A stretch of 32,000 nt of DNA from Wolbachia endosymbiont of Drosophila innubila (GTDB lineage: Bacteria; Pseudomonadota; Alphaproteobacteria; Rickettsiales; Anaplasmataceae): positions 570,001 to 602,000 of the forward strand of contig NZ_CP076228.1 of NCBI RefSeq assembly GCF_021378375.1, read 5' to 3'. Numbering within the stretch: the first letter of the stretch is position 1; each line of letters opens with the position of its first letter. Below the pieces are notes generated by a model that did not search any database, was not told where the DNA came from, and was given only the letters and a program-made list of their open reading frames with translations. The position numbers and the translations under genes were made by a program. Positions 1 to 9,732 of the stretch are shown in pieces.

Positions 1-330
1 AATATTTCCTCAATAATAGGGCTGACAGGAAACGCCGGGCAAGCAAATTATGCAGCGTCTAAAGCTGGAATAATAGCTATGAGCAAATCTATAGCAAAAG
101 AAGTTGCAAGTCGTAATATAACAGTAAATTGTATTGCTCCTGGGTTTATAGATACTAAAATGACTGAAGTTTTAAATGAAGTGCAAAAGGGAAAAATATT
201 AGATAATATTCCAATGAAAAGAATGGGAACAGGGGAAGAAATAGCAGCAGGGGTCTTATTTTTAGCAAGTGATGAAGCAAAATATATAACAGGGCATGTG
301 CTTAACATTAATGGTGGGTTATTTATGTAG
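1..330 (+). CDS. fabG: 3-oxoacyl-[ACP] reductase FabG, C-terminal part (5' end outside window)
   Basis: Frame 1 is open from base 1 ([30 protein letters not shown]...). It has the SDR catalytic YxxxK (YAASK) and the typical FabG C-terminus ...[14 protein letters not shown]. Confidence 0.85.
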   Translation, partial: NISSIIGLTGNAGQANYAASKAGIIAMSKSIAKEVASRNITVNCIAPGFIDTKMTEVLNEVQKGKILDNIPMKRMGTGEEIAAGVLFLASDEAKYITGHVLNINGGLFM

Positions 331-425
331 CAACACTTATGTATGGACAAATTATAATTTTTACTTTAAAATAAAAATATGTGTAGGTGTAGGTTTACGT
401 TAATTTATTATTTAGAGGCAAAAAA

Positions 426-761
426 ATGAGCTCTATAATGGAATTTTTTAGTGTTTTTTGCGTAGTATTGCTTTTCTCTTTCTCAGGTTATGCAGCTGAC
501 CCTGATATGGATGACACAACTAAAGTAATATGCAATATTATTGGTTATGTTTGGGGGATAGGCGGTCCACTTATGACGGTAGTAATAATTGGTGCAGCTT
601 TGCTTGCAATATTTGGCAGGATGCCGTGGCCAGCCCTCTTTGCTCTTGGCATGTTCTGTGGTGTATTTTTTGGCGCTAAAACTATCATAACGAAAATTAT
701 GCCCAATGTAAGCGATGAAGCAAAAGCTATGTTGGAAAATTGTGGAAAGAGAAACCCATAA
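426..761 (+). CDS. TrbC/VirB2-family type IV secretion pilin-like small membrane protein
   Basis: 111 aa with a signal-peptide-like N-terminus ending SGYA/ADP. Two hydrophobic helices are separated by FGRMPW, followed by FFGAKTI. This lines up with Agrobacterium VirB2 (..NICTFILGPFGQSLAVLGIVAIGISWMFGR...GGIVIMFGASFLG). ATG is preceded by GAGG. Confidence 0.6.
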   Translation: MSSIMEFFSVFCVVLLFSFSGYAADPDMDDTTKVICNIIGYVWGIGGPLMTVVIIGAALLAIFGRMPWPALFALGMFCGVFFGAKTIITKIMPNVSDEAKAMLENCGKRNP

Positions 762-782
762 AAGTACAGAAATGCTTTTTTG

Positions 783-881
783 TTATCCATTAAATCGCTT
801 CATATCTTCAACTTGCAACAAATAAGGGCTATCTTTTGGTAAAGTTTTAACAGCTAGCTCAGCATATTTTGTAAATTGCTT
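783..881 (-). pseudogene. Probable displaced 3' end of the M48 peptidase gene, separated from it by the IS
   Basis: Minus-strand frame is open for 32 codons (KQFTKYAELAVKTLPKDSPYLLQVEDMKRFNG*). It joins in phase to the peptidase ORF (...ACIEGDF) if the 911-bp IS plus 3 nt are removed. Confidence 0.4.
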
Positions 882-883
882 TA

Positions 884-1794
884 GAGGTTGTCCGGAAACA
901 AGTAAAAGGCTATAATATCTGAAATTTTAGTACGGGTAAAGATGAGAAAAAAGTATCCAACAGATCTAAGCGAAAGGGAATGGGCAAGAATAGAAAAACA
1001 CTTCAGAGTATCATACAAGAAAGGAGGAAGGCTGCCAAAGTATAGCAAAAAAGAAATATTAGAAGCAATTTTCTATGTATTGCGTACAGGGTGTCAATGG
1101 CGGTATTTACCAAATGATTTTCCGCTATGGAAGACTGTGTATGAGCAGTTCAGGCAATGGAAGAAGCAGGGAATTTTTGAGAAAATGAATTATGAAATTA
1201 CAAAATATAGTAGAAGAAAAATAGGAAAGAATGAGCAGCCGAGTGCCTGTATAGTAGATAGTCAATCTGTAAAGACTACAGAAAAGGGGGATCAAAGCTA
1301 TGATGGAAGTAAAAAAGTAAAGGGTAGAAAAAGGCATATAATTACAGACACTCAGGGTTTTATACTAGGTTGTTACGTAGGCGCTGCTAACGAAAATGAT
1401 AGAGATGGTATTAAAATAGCATTAAACAATATGAGAACAAAATATACTAAAGTTAAAAATGTGGGCTGACATGGGATACCAAGGAAGAAATTTAAAGAAT
1501 CACATAAAGGAAGAATATGACATAGATATTGAAATTGTTAAAAGGCCTCCATGTAGATTTTGGGTGCACAAAGATACGCCACCTGAGCTACTACCAACAA
1601 GAGAACAAGGGTTTAAAGTACAGCCAAGAAGATGGGTTGTAGAAAGGACTTTTGCTTGGGTTAATAGGAATAGAAGGCTATCGAAGGAGTATGATTTACT
1701 CACAACATCCACTGAGAATTTCATATACCTAGCTATGAGTAGGGTTATGTTAAAGAGGGAATATGCTTGAATTTACTTGTTTCCGGACAACCTC
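884..1794 (+). mobile_element. IS5-family insertion sequence, ISWpi1-like, copy 1 (911 bp)
   Basis: Perfect terminal inverted repeats GAGGTTGTCCGGAAACAAGTAAA (884-906) and its complement (1772-1794) enclose a DDE transposase. A second, inverted, near-identical copy lies at 25228-26139. Confidence 0.9.
942..1770 (+). CDS. IS5-family DDE transposase in two overlapping frames (942-1469 and 1459-1770)
   Basis: The N-terminal part MRKKYPTDLSEREW...GRKRHIITDTQGFILGCYVGAANENDRDG and the C-terminal part WADMGYQG...ERTFAWVNRNRRLSKEYD are typical IS5-family motifs. The frames switch at an A5 run (1455-1459). Confidence 0.85.
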
Positions 1795-2977
1795 TAAAAT
1801 CTCCTTCAATACAAGCCTTTTTTGTCAAAGCAAAATAATGCATTGCCGTATCAGCGTCACATTTATATGCAACGCTTAAATATTTCCAGACAAAAGCGTT
1901 ATTTGGTTCTACATTCAAAATCTGCTCCAGGTAAAAAATTGCCTTTTTTGCATCACCGTGTAATAATAAAGTATGAGATAATGCAAGTTTCACTAAATAA
2001 CTGTTTTTCTCAGATAAATACCTAAGCGATTCCTCATACATTTTTATTGCTTCACTTAAATTTCCAGCCTTGTATAGCATTTCTGCTTTTAATTCATATA
2101 GGTATGGGTCATTGCGTGACTCTTGAATCAATGAATTAACTTTAGCAATAGCCTCCTCTATCTTTCCTTGCCTATAGCAAACTATAGCATTTACATACTC
2201 AGAATTATCTTCATATTTATTAGATAACACATGAATAGGAGCAAAGAAAGAGTCTAGCTTTGCAACCACACGCTCAAACTTTAGTAACTTATCCGCAAAA
2301 ATTGGTTTTACGTTGTTTTTGACCTTATAATTCTGTACAGCAAATATACGTTTCTCACTAAGTGGGTGAGTACGGAAATATTCCTCGGTATTCTCATGCT
2401 CAATACTTTTAAAATAATCAAAAATCTCTTTCATACCTGAATTATCATAGCCAGATTCATCAAGGTACCTTAAAGCATAGCTATCTGCTACACTTTCTTG
2501 CTCTTGAGAATAGTTAAAAAATAGCCTTGAACTGAGTGCTACACCACTAAGCAAAATTGCACCAGCAACCTGAGGGTTAATGATAATACTAGAAACTAAT
2601 CCTACCATATAACTAATCATTGCTATCGATTGAAAATAACCCATAGCACTACTCATTTGCAATATATGACCAGCAGATATGTGAGCAATCTCATGTGCTA
2701 ATATACCAAGCAAGACATAAGGTTTAGCCGAATATCGTAAAAGCCCTAAATGAATGAAGATACTGTTATTGTTAATTACAAAAGCATTAATCGAACTGTC
2801 ATTAATTACAAAAACTTTCACTTGATCATGATCAATATCTGCAGCAGAAAATAAAGGTTGCGCTAGCTCTTTCACTATTGCTTCCACCTCACTATCTCTA
2901 ATAATGTTAATAGAGTAAGCATTATTATAATATGCAAGAAAGAACAATAAGGTCAAAAACTTAGCAATTCTAAACAT
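1745..2977 (-). CDS. M48-family Zn metallopeptidase with C-terminal TPR-like repeats (BepA/YfgC-like); 3' end interrupted by IS
   Basis: Signal-like N-terminus, HExxH motif (AHEIAHISAGH) and a TPR-like C-terminal half. The last 16 codons (RGCPETSKFKHIPSLT) are read from the IS right end; native sequence stops at ~1796. Confidence 0.8.
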   Translation of the reverse strand: MFRIAKFLTLLFFLAYYNNAYSINIIRDSEVEAIVKELAQPLFSAADIDHDQVKVFVINDSSINAFVINNNSIFIHLGLLRYSAKPYVLLGILAHEIAHISAGHILQMSSAMGYFQSIAMISYMVGLVSSIIINPQVAGAILLSGVALSSRLFFNYSQEQESVADSYALRYLDESGYDNSGMKEIFDYFKSIEHENTEEYFRTHPLSEKRIFAVQNYKVKNNVKPIFADKLLKFERVVAKLDSFFAPIHVLSNKYEDNSEYVNAIVCYRQGKIEEAIAKVNSLIQESRNDPYLYELKAEMLYKAGNLSEAIKMYEESLRYLSEKNSYLVKLALSHTLLLHGDAKKAIFYLEQILNVEPNNAFVWKYLSVAYKCDADTAMHYFALTKKACIEGDFRGCPETSKFKHIPSLT

Positions 2978-3048
2978 GAAAATTCTGTGCTTGTATAATT
3001 TACAGGAATTTTATATTTTAACACTTAAATTATACAAATTTATAAACG

Positions 3049-3702
3049 CTAGTTTAATTTTTTAACGTAACTGATAAGTTTGTCGATGGTAGTTAACTTA
3101 ATTTTATGTTGTTCAGCAAATTTAAGCAACTGAGGTAAGCGCATCATAGAGCCATCATCATTCACTAATTCACACCCTACAGCTGCATGATTAAGACCAA
3201 CCAACTTTGCTATTTCAACACTTGCTTCAGTGTGACCATTGCGTGCTAAAACCCCGCCTTCATTTGCAATAATAGGGAAAACATGCCCTGGAGTAATAAT
3301 ATCGTCCTTAGTACTCTTTTCATCAATGGCAGTAAGTATCGTATGCGTTCTATCATGAGCAGAAACACCTGTTGTAATGCCATAACGCGCATCAATTGAC
3401 GTAGTAAATGCAGTATGAGGAGTAAGCTTTTCATCTACATTGCTCTTCCTCATAAACTCAAGATTTAGTTTACTCATATGAAGCTTTGTCATAGCTAAAA
3501 ATACAATACCAGTACCGTATCTAACCATAAAAGCCATATGTTCTGGTTTTACTTTTTCAGCTAAGACAACCAAATCACCTTCATTCTCTCTACTTTCATC
3601 ATCAACTAAAATGAACAATTTACCGGAACGAGCATCCTCTAATACATCTTCCACAGAAGAAATACCGGGTAGACTCATTGAAGCATAAGTGGCCTGTACC
3701 AT
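3049..3702 (-). CDS. ribB: 3,4-dihydroxy-2-butanone-4-phosphate synthase
   Basis: 217 aa with the signature DDESRENEGDLV and ...GHTEASVEIAKLVGL. The size fits stand-alone RibB. Confidence 0.9.
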   Translation of the reverse strand: MVQATYASMSLPGISSVEDVLEDARSGKLFILVDDESRENEGDLVVLAEKVKPEHMAFMVRYGTGIVFLAMTKLHMSKLNLEFMRKSNVDEKLTPHTAFTTSIDARYGITTGVSAHDRTHTILTAIDEKSTKDDIITPGHVFPIIANEGGVLARNGHTEASVEIAKLVGLNHAAVGCELVNDDGSMMRLPQLLKFAEQHKIKLTTIDKLISYVKKLN

Positions 3703-3708
3703 AATAAT

Positions 3709-4203
3709 TTACTTAAATTCAATCTTAACTATTTTATACAATTTCTCTCCATTTGGCACTGTCACTTCCACATACTCACCGACTTTTTTGCCGATTAAGG
3801 CACTCCCGAGTGGTGAACTAGTAGATATTAACTGCTTTGAAACATCAGCTTCATATTCGCCTACAACCTTATAAACATATTCCACTTCACCGTTATTATC
3901 ACTTAACATTCTTAATGTCACAGTTGCACCAAATATTACTGAATCACCAGACAAATTTTTTACTTCTATTACTTCCGCATGTGAGAGCTTACTTTCTATC
4001 TCCATTATACGGCCTTCAATAAAACCTAACCTTTCCCGTGCAGCATGATACTCTGCGTTTTCAGACAAATCACCTTGATCACGAGCATCAGAAATAGCTT
4101 GTATAACAGAAGGCTTTTCTTCCTTTAATTTTTCAAGTTCGGCTTGCATATTCTCAAAACCTTCCCTCGTCATAGGAAATTTATTAATAATAGATGAAGC
4201 CAT
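3709..4203 (-). CDS. greA: Transcription elongation factor GreA
   Basis: PMTREGFENMQAELEKLK...DLSENAEYHAARE...SPLGSALIGKKVGE is GreA-like. ATG at 4203 is preferred over the GTG at 4212 that abuts the atpA stop. Confidence 0.9.
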   Translation of the reverse strand: MASSIINKFPMTREGFENMQAELEKLKEEKPSVIQAISDARDQGDLSENAEYHAARERLGFIEGRIMEIESKLSHAEVIEVKNLSGDSVIFGATVTLRMLSDNNGEVEYVYKVVGEYEADVSKQLISTSSPLGSALIGKKVGEYVEVTVPNGEKLYKIVKIEFK

Positions 4204-4212
4204 AATTACCAC

Positions 4213-5754
4213 CTAAACGCAATTAAATTGAGTAACAAAATTACTCACAATATTAAAAATATCACCTTTTATATCACCATTCATGTCATTTGACAACTTT
4301 TTTAAAACCCCAGGGTGTACAGTACGAAAATAATTAACAAGATCATGTTCAAATTTATTAACGTTACTTATTTGTATTTTACTTAACTGATTATACAGGT
4401 TAGAAAAAATATACATCAGCACTACTTGCTCTTCTATTGACATAGGTAAATGTTGTTTTTGCTTTAATAACTCAACAAGATATTTACCCTTATTCAAGGA
4501 TAATTGAACACTAGCATCAAGATCAGAACCAAATTTTGCAAAATCTTCTAATTCTCTATACTGAGCTAAGCTTAGCTTTATAGAACCAGCAACTTTTTTC
4601 ACAGACTTTAATTGTGCAGCAGAACCAACCCGCGAAACCGACAAACCTATATTTACTGCAGGTCGAAATCCTTTATAAAATAATTCAGACTCAAGAAAGA
4701 TCTGCCCATCGGTAATTGAAATAACATTTGTTGGCACATATGCGGATACATCACCAGCTTGAGTTTCGACAATTGGCAAAGCAGTTAAAGAACCCTGCCC
4801 TTTTTTATCAGACATTTTAGCAGCTCTTTCAAGCAAGCGAGAATGTACATAGAATATATCTCCAGGGTAAGCTTCACGACCAGGAGGACGTCTGAGCAAT
4901 AAAGACATCTGCCTATATGCCACAGCATGCTTAGATAAATCATCATATATAATCAAACAATGCATTCCATTGTCACGGAAAAATTCCCCAATAGTGCAAC
5001 CAGCATAAGGTGCTAAAAATTGCATAGGCGCGCAGTCAGATGCACTAGCCACAACTACAGTTGTATACTCTAATGCTCCGCTTTCTTTCAGCTTATTTAC
5101 CACTTTTGCTACTGTTGAAATTTTTTGCCCAATAGCAACATAAACACAGTAAACTTTTTGACTTTCGTTTACCTCATCGTTAATCTTCTTCTGATTGATA
5201 ATAGTATCAAGCGCAATAGTAGTTTTACCAATTTGTCTATCACCAATAATTAATTCACGCTGCCCTCTACCTATTGGAATTAGCAAATCTATAATTTTAA
5301 TTCCTGTTTGCAGTGGCTCATGCACAGACTTACGATCAATAATGCCTGGCGCTTTAGATTCTATATCCATTCTGTTTTTGGCTCTAATTTCCCCACCGTC
5401 GTCCATAGGATGGCCCAACGCATTTACAACTCTCCCTAACAATTCATGCCCTACAGGCACCTGCACAACATCACCACTACATTTTACAACGTCCCCTTCT
5501 TTCACATCACGGTCATTACCAAGCACAACTATTCCAGCCGTATTATGATCTAAATCGAGAACTATTCCTTCTACACCACTTGCAAAAAATACCTTTTCAC
5601 CGAATTTTGCTTTTTCCAGCCCATAAACCAATGCGATACCATCTGTTACTGAAATTACTTCACCTATATTTTCCCGCTTTATAGGATTATCAAACGTCTC
5701 AACCTTTTCTCTTATTATACTTGCTATCTCAGAAACATTCATACTGTTCTTCAT
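4213..5754 (-). CDS. atpA: F1 ATP synthase alpha subunit
   Basis: 513 aa with Walker [10 protein letters not shown] and conserved ...[27 protein letters not shown]. Confidence 0.95.
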   Translation of the reverse strand: MKNSMNVSEIASIIREKVETFDNPIKRENIGEVISVTDGIALVYGLEKAKFGEKVFFASGVEGIVLDLDHNTAGIVVLGNDRDVKEGDVVKCSGDVVQVPVGHELLGRVVNALGHPMDDGGEIRAKNRMDIESKAPGIIDRKSVHEPLQTGIKIIDLLIPIGRGQRELIIGDRQIGKTTIALDTIINQKKINDEVNESQKVYCVYVAIGQKISTVAKVVNKLKESGALEYTTVVVASASDCAPMQFLAPYAGCTIGEFFRDNGMHCLIIYDDLSKHAVAYRQMSLLLRRPPGREAYPGDIFYVHSRLLERAAKMSDKKGQGSLTALPIVETQAGDVSAYVPTNVISITDGQIFLESELFYKGFRPAVNIGLSVSRVGSAAQLKSVKKVAGSIKLSLAQYRELEDFAKFGSDLDASVQLSLNKGKYLVELLKQKQHLPMSIEEQVVLMYIFSNLYNQLSKIQISNVNKFEHDLVNYFRTVHPGVLKKLSNDMNGDIKGDIFNIVSNFVTQFNCV

Positions 5755-6311
5755 ACAAAATTCCTTACTTTTAATATTTCCATTTTACTTAAGTCAACTA
5801 ACCTATCCAAGTAACTTTTTAGCGAAGCATCGATCAAATTAAAACCATACCTAACTACGAAGCCACCTAGTATAGAAGGGTCAACCACATTGCTTACTTT
5901 TATTATTTTACCAAGAAAGCTCAAAGATTCAGTAATTATTTTTATATCAGATTCCTTTAAAGTTTCTGCTGACTTTATAGTAATTTCGAATTCATTTTCA
6001 TTTTCTCTTGCAAGACTTAAGAATTTTTCTAATATAAGGATCAATAAACTAGAGCGTTTATTTGCAAATATAACCATAATAAATTTTACTAAATTCTCAC
6101 TTAAGTGCTCATTTATAGAAAGCATCACTTCTTTTTTGTGTGCAAAAGAAATCATAGGATGAGATAGGTACACAAAAACATCACGTTGATCCTTAAAAAA
6201 AGCCAACAAAAATTCTACTTCTTTCCTTATAATACCTAACCTGCTTCCTGAGACATGAAATAGCACTCTAGCGTAAGATGAAACTAAATTATTGTATTGG
6301 GTCTTTTTCAT
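5751..6311 (-). CDS. atpH: F1 ATP synthase delta (OSCP) subunit
   Basis: 186 aa, has a 4-nt ATGA overlap with atpA, and a C-terminal ...[25 protein letters not shown] typical of OSCP. Confidence 0.8.
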   Translation of the reverse strand: MKKTQYNNLVSSYARVLFHVSGSRLGIIRKEVEFLLAFFKDQRDVFVYLSHPMISFAHKKEVMLSINEHLSENLVKFIMVIFANKRSSLLILILEKFLSLARENENEFEITIKSAETLKESDIKIITESLSFLGKIIKVSNVVDPSILGGFVVRYGFNLIDASLKSYLDRLVDLSKMEILKVRNFV

Positions 6312-6352
6312 ATTAAATCCAGTAAATCTAAATTAATTCAGCTACAAATCTT

Positions 6353-6703
6353 TCATTCTTCAATCCAAGCATTTTTTATATAAACAGGTCTTCTCTTTAA
6401 GGAAAGAAAATATAAATCATATCTGACTGAATAATCTAAAAAACTAAGGTTTTTACTTAAGAAATACTTAGAAGAATTTATAATAGACTGACATTGAAGA
6501 TGAGATATCGGTATTTCTTTTCCAAGTAAACTTGTTTTAACTTCTATAAAAATCAGCTCCTTTTTTTTAGATACAATTAAGTCAATTTCACCGAACTTAC
6601 AACGGTAACGGCGTTTTATAACATTATACCATTTCAGTTTTAAATATACTAAACCTAATAACTCGCCAAAGTAACCTACAAAGTAGCGTAACCTACTTAC
6701 CAC
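6353..6703 (-). CDS. YraN-family (UPF0102) endonuclease-like protein
   Basis: 116 aa with the motif GEIDLIVSKKKELIFIEVKT characteristic of YraN. Inferred GTG start, so the start is uncertain. Confidence 0.65.
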   Translation of the reverse strand: MVSRLRYFVGYFGELLGLVYLKLKWYNVIKRRYRCKFGEIDLIVSKKKELIFIEVKTSLLGKEIPISHLQCQSIINSSKYFLSKNLSFLDYSVRYDLYFLSLKRRPVYIKNAWIEE

Positions 6704-6726
6704 AAGAAGAACAATTATGATAACAA

Positions 6727-7155
6727 TTAACTTTGTGTAACTACTTTGCCTCCTTCTTTATTTTTACTATAAACCTTACCTCTTGCTGCAATATCCCTAT
6801 CAACCAGTTCTATCACTGCCATTGAAGCGCAATCACCCTTTCGAGTGCTAAATTTTATTATTCTAGAATACCCACCTTTACGATCTTGATAACGGCTGGC
6901 TAAGACGTTTAATAACTTATCAACTGCTAACTTACTATTATGAAGGCGTGAAAGCAAAAGTCTTCTACCATGTAAAGTATTCTTATTCTTAGCAATTGTA
7001 ATAAACTTTTCGACATATGGACGAAGTTCCTTAGCTTTTGGTAAAGTAGTTACAATCTGCTCATGGTTAATTAATGAGATAGATAGATTCTTTAACGTCG
7101 ATAATCTATGTTCAGTACAACGAGATAGTTTACGTTTTTTTATTCCATGTTTCAT
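6727..7155 (-). CDS. rplQ: 50S ribosomal protein L17
   Basis: MKHGIKKRKLSRCTEHRLSTLKNL...TTLPKAKELRP. It sits after rpoA. Confidence 0.95.
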   Translation of the reverse strand: MKHGIKKRKLSRCTEHRLSTLKNLSISLINHEQIVTTLPKAKELRPYVEKFITIAKNKNTLHGRRLLLSRLHNSKLAVDKLLNVLASRYQDRKGGYSRIIKFSTRKGDCASMAVIELVDRDIAARGKVYSKNKEGGKVVTQS

Positions 7156-7162
7156 ATATCAC

Positions 7163-8230
7163 CTAATCTTCATCAGTATGTTGTTTAGCCAACTCATCTA
7201 TATCCTTAGGTGGCCAGTTTAGCACATTCATACCCAAAGACAAGCCAAAATTAGTCAAAACTGCCTTAATCTCATTCAAAGACTTTCTGCCAAAATTAGC
7301 AGTTCTTAACATTTCACCTTCTGCCTTTTGTACAAGATCACCTATATAAGTGATGTTTTCGTTTTTCAGACAGTTATGAGACCTGACAGATAATTCCATT
7401 TCATCTACCTTACGCAATAAGACAGGGTCATAACCCAAATCTTTAGCACCACTAGACGAAGAAACCTGCGATTTTTTATAACTTACATCAGAACTAATAA
7501 AGGGCTGAAGTTGCTCCTGTAATATTCTTGCAGCAGAGTCAACAGCTTGACTCGGAGAAATTGTACCATCAGTTTCAATTGACAATATCAGCTTATCCTT
7601 ATCAGTCACTTGGCCAACACGACTGTTCTCTACCCTGTACGAAACCCTGTTGACAGGGCTATACAAAGCATTAACTGGAATAAAACCAATTAAATCCTGT
7701 TCACTCATAAGCTTCAAAAGTTCATTTTCTTTATATTTAGTTACAGGAAGATAACCTTTTCCGCTAGCCACATATATGGTCATGTTAAGCTCCACATTTT
7801 GCCCCAGCGTACATATTAACAAATCTTTATTAACAATAGAGCATTGATCATCAGTTTCTATCATCCCAGCTAATACCTGGCAAGGCCCTTTAGCGTTTAA
7901 ATTTAAGCATTTATTAGAAGCACCATTTAATTTACACCTCAACATACCCATATTTAATACTATATCAGTTACGTCTTCTCTTACCCCTTGAATTGAAGTG
8001 AACTCATGAGTTACACCTTCAATTTTTATTCCATAAACAGCACTACCTTTAAGAGAAGATAACATTACACGTCTTAATGCATTGCCTAATGTTAAAGCAA
8101 AACCACTTTCCAACGGTTCTAGCACTATATCACTTTTTTCACTTGAATCATCTGATATTACCTTAACTGAACTAGGTTTAATCAATTTATCTAAATTGCT
8201 ACAGAGAGAAACATCATTATTATAATACAT
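7163..8230 (-). CDS. rpoA: DNA-directed RNA polymerase alpha subunit
   Basis: 355 aa with N-terminal domain [23 protein letters not shown] and C-terminal domain [21 protein letters not shown]. Confidence 0.95.
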   Translation of the reverse strand: MYYNNDVSLCSNLDKLIKPSSVKVISDDSSEKSDIVLEPLESGFALTLGNALRRVMLSSLKGSAVYGIKIEGVTHEFTSIQGVREDVTDIVLNMGMLRCKLNGASNKCLNLNAKGPCQVLAGMIETDDQCSIVNKDLLICTLGQNVELNMTIYVASGKGYLPVTKYKENELLKLMSEQDLIGFIPVNALYSPVNRVSYRVENSRVGQVTDKDKLILSIETDGTISPSQAVDSAARILQEQLQPFISSDVSYKKSQVSSSSGAKDLGYDPVLLRKVDEMELSVRSHNCLKNENITYIGDLVQKAEGEMLRTANFGRKSLNEIKAVLTNFGLSLGMNVLNWPPKDIDELAKQHTDED

Positions 8231-8251
8231 AAAACAACCTTTTCAAATATC

Positions 8252-8638
8252 CTATACTCTTCTTTTTTTTCTTAACCTGCACCCATTATGAGGAATTGCG
8301 GTTTTATCTGCAATTGAAGTCACAGTCAACCCACAGCTCTGAAGTGCTTTAACCGCAGCTTCGGTACCAAAGCCAGGGCCGCGAATTATTACAGAGACAA
8401 CCTTCATACCAAATCTCTCCATTGCGTTCTTCGCAGCAGACTCCGCAGCCTTACCTGCAGCATAAGGTGTGGATTTTCTCGAACCTGAAAAACCACATGC
8501 ACCCACAGAAGTTTGACATAGCGTATTACCATGAACATCAGTTACATTTACGAAAGTATTATTAAAAGTTGCACGAATATGGACAACACCAGTAATAAAC
8601 TCCTTCTTACTCTTACTAACCGTTTTGACTTTTTTCAT
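8252..8638 (-). CDS. rpsK: 30S ribosomal protein S11
   Basis: [18 protein letters not shown]...[14 protein letters not shown]. Confidence 0.95.
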   Translation of the reverse strand: MKKVKTVSKSKKEFITGVVHIRATFNNTFVNVTDVHGNTLCQTSVGACGFSGSRKSTPYAAGKAAESAAKNAMERFGMKVVSVIIRGPGFGTEAAVKALQSCGLTVTSIADKTAIPHNGCRLRKKRRV

Positions 8639-8662
8639 TAAAACTCACAATAATAATAAATT

Positions 8663-9031
8663 TTATTTTTTCCCAGCAATAGGCAACCGAGATCTACCTT
8701 TACGAGTCTTAGCATTAGTATGAGTCCTTTGCCCTCTCACAGGTAAACCTTTTCTATGTCTCACCCCTCTATAGCATCCCATTTCCACTAAAGATTTTAT
8801 GTTCATAGCCACTTCTTTTCTGAGCTCACCTTCTATAACATAATTTTGTCTAATGAAACCGCTGATCTTTTCTATATCTTCATCTCGTAATTCTGAAACA
8901 CGTTTGCGCTTATCAACTTCGCAAGCGTGACAAATTACATTCGCAGTAGCAATACCTATACCATATATATAAGTTAATGCAAAAGGAACACACTTCCTCA
9001 CTGGAATATTTATGCCTGCAATACGTGCCAC
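8663..9031 (-). CDS. rpsM: 30S ribosomal protein S13
   Basis: [10 protein letters not shown]...[21 protein letters not shown] start. Confidence 0.95.
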   Translation of the reverse strand: MARIAGINIPVRKCVPFALTYIYGIGIATANVICHACEVDKRKRVSELRDEDIEKISGFIRQNYVIEGELRKEVAMNIKSLVEMGCYRGVRHRKGLPVRGQRTHTNAKTRKGRSRLPIAGKK

Positions 9032-9090
9032 TGATACCTCGATACTTTATTAATAACAACTCTTAATTTATACCATAAAACAACTCAGAG

Positions 9091-9732
9091 TCAAACCAAA
9101 TTACAAGAAATTTTACTTTCAATCTCTTGCGTCACCTCATCAACACTCAAATTAGCGTCAATTGTTAATAATTTGCCTTTATAATACTCGCGTAAACCTT
9201 TCATTTGAAGGTGATATTCACTTATTCTCTTATTAATTGCAGACATATCAGCATCATCAATTCTTTTCTCTAACCTCGTACTTTTACATTTAGCACAAGT
9301 AGTACTCTTAAAAGAAGATACACTATATATGCTTTTACAGTCCAAACACGCGAGACGATTTTTTAACCTATCGATTGCAATATTATCGTCAAGCTGCAGC
9401 TCAACTACAATGTCAACATCCCTATTATATTTTTCTTGCAAAACTTGAGTCAAAAAATGAGCCTGGTTTAAATTTCTCGGAAAACCATCTAATAAGCAAT
9501 TATCATCCACTAATGCAAGCTGGTCACGTAATAATCCACATATAATTTCATCTTGAATTAAATTACCAGATTCCACGGTACCCTTTATTTTTTTACCTAA
9601 CTCACTACTGCTAGATATAATATTCCTTAATAAATCCCCTACTGAAATTAATTTTAAATTATATTTTGCTATTAACAAGCTTGACTGAGTACCTTTACCA
9701 GAACCTGGAGGACCAAAAATCGTAATGATCAT
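9091..9732 (-). CDS. adk: Adenylate kinase
   Basis: P-loop [10 protein letters not shown] and a Cys-rich lid (CLDC...CAKC). Overlaps the secY stop by 4 nt. Confidence 0.9.
   Translation of the reverse strand: MIITIFGPPGSGKGTQSSLLIAKYNLKLISVGDLLRNIISSSSELGKKIKGTVESGNLIQDEIICGLLRDQLALVDDNCLLDGFPRNLNQAHFLTQVLQEKYNRDVDIVVELQLDDNIAIDRLKNRLACLDCKSIYSVSSFKSTTCAKCKSTRLEKRIDDADMSAINKRISEYHLQMKGLREYYKGKLLTIDANLSVDEVTQEIESKISCNLV

Noticed and set aside
3703-3708. FMN riboswitch upstream of ribB.
   Set aside because: Only 6 nt separate the ribB start from the greA stop, so there is no room for an RFN element. ribB appears to be co-transcribed with greA.
5195-5548. Antisense ORFs of 60-125 aa opposite atpA, secY, tuf, ppdK, ribosomal protein genes and others (e.g. 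5195-5548, 10348-10665, 14864-15235, 29927-30379).
   Set aside because: All lie fully inside well-supported conserved genes on the other strand, have low-complexity or skewed composition, and match no recognisable motifs. They are the expected shadow ORFs.
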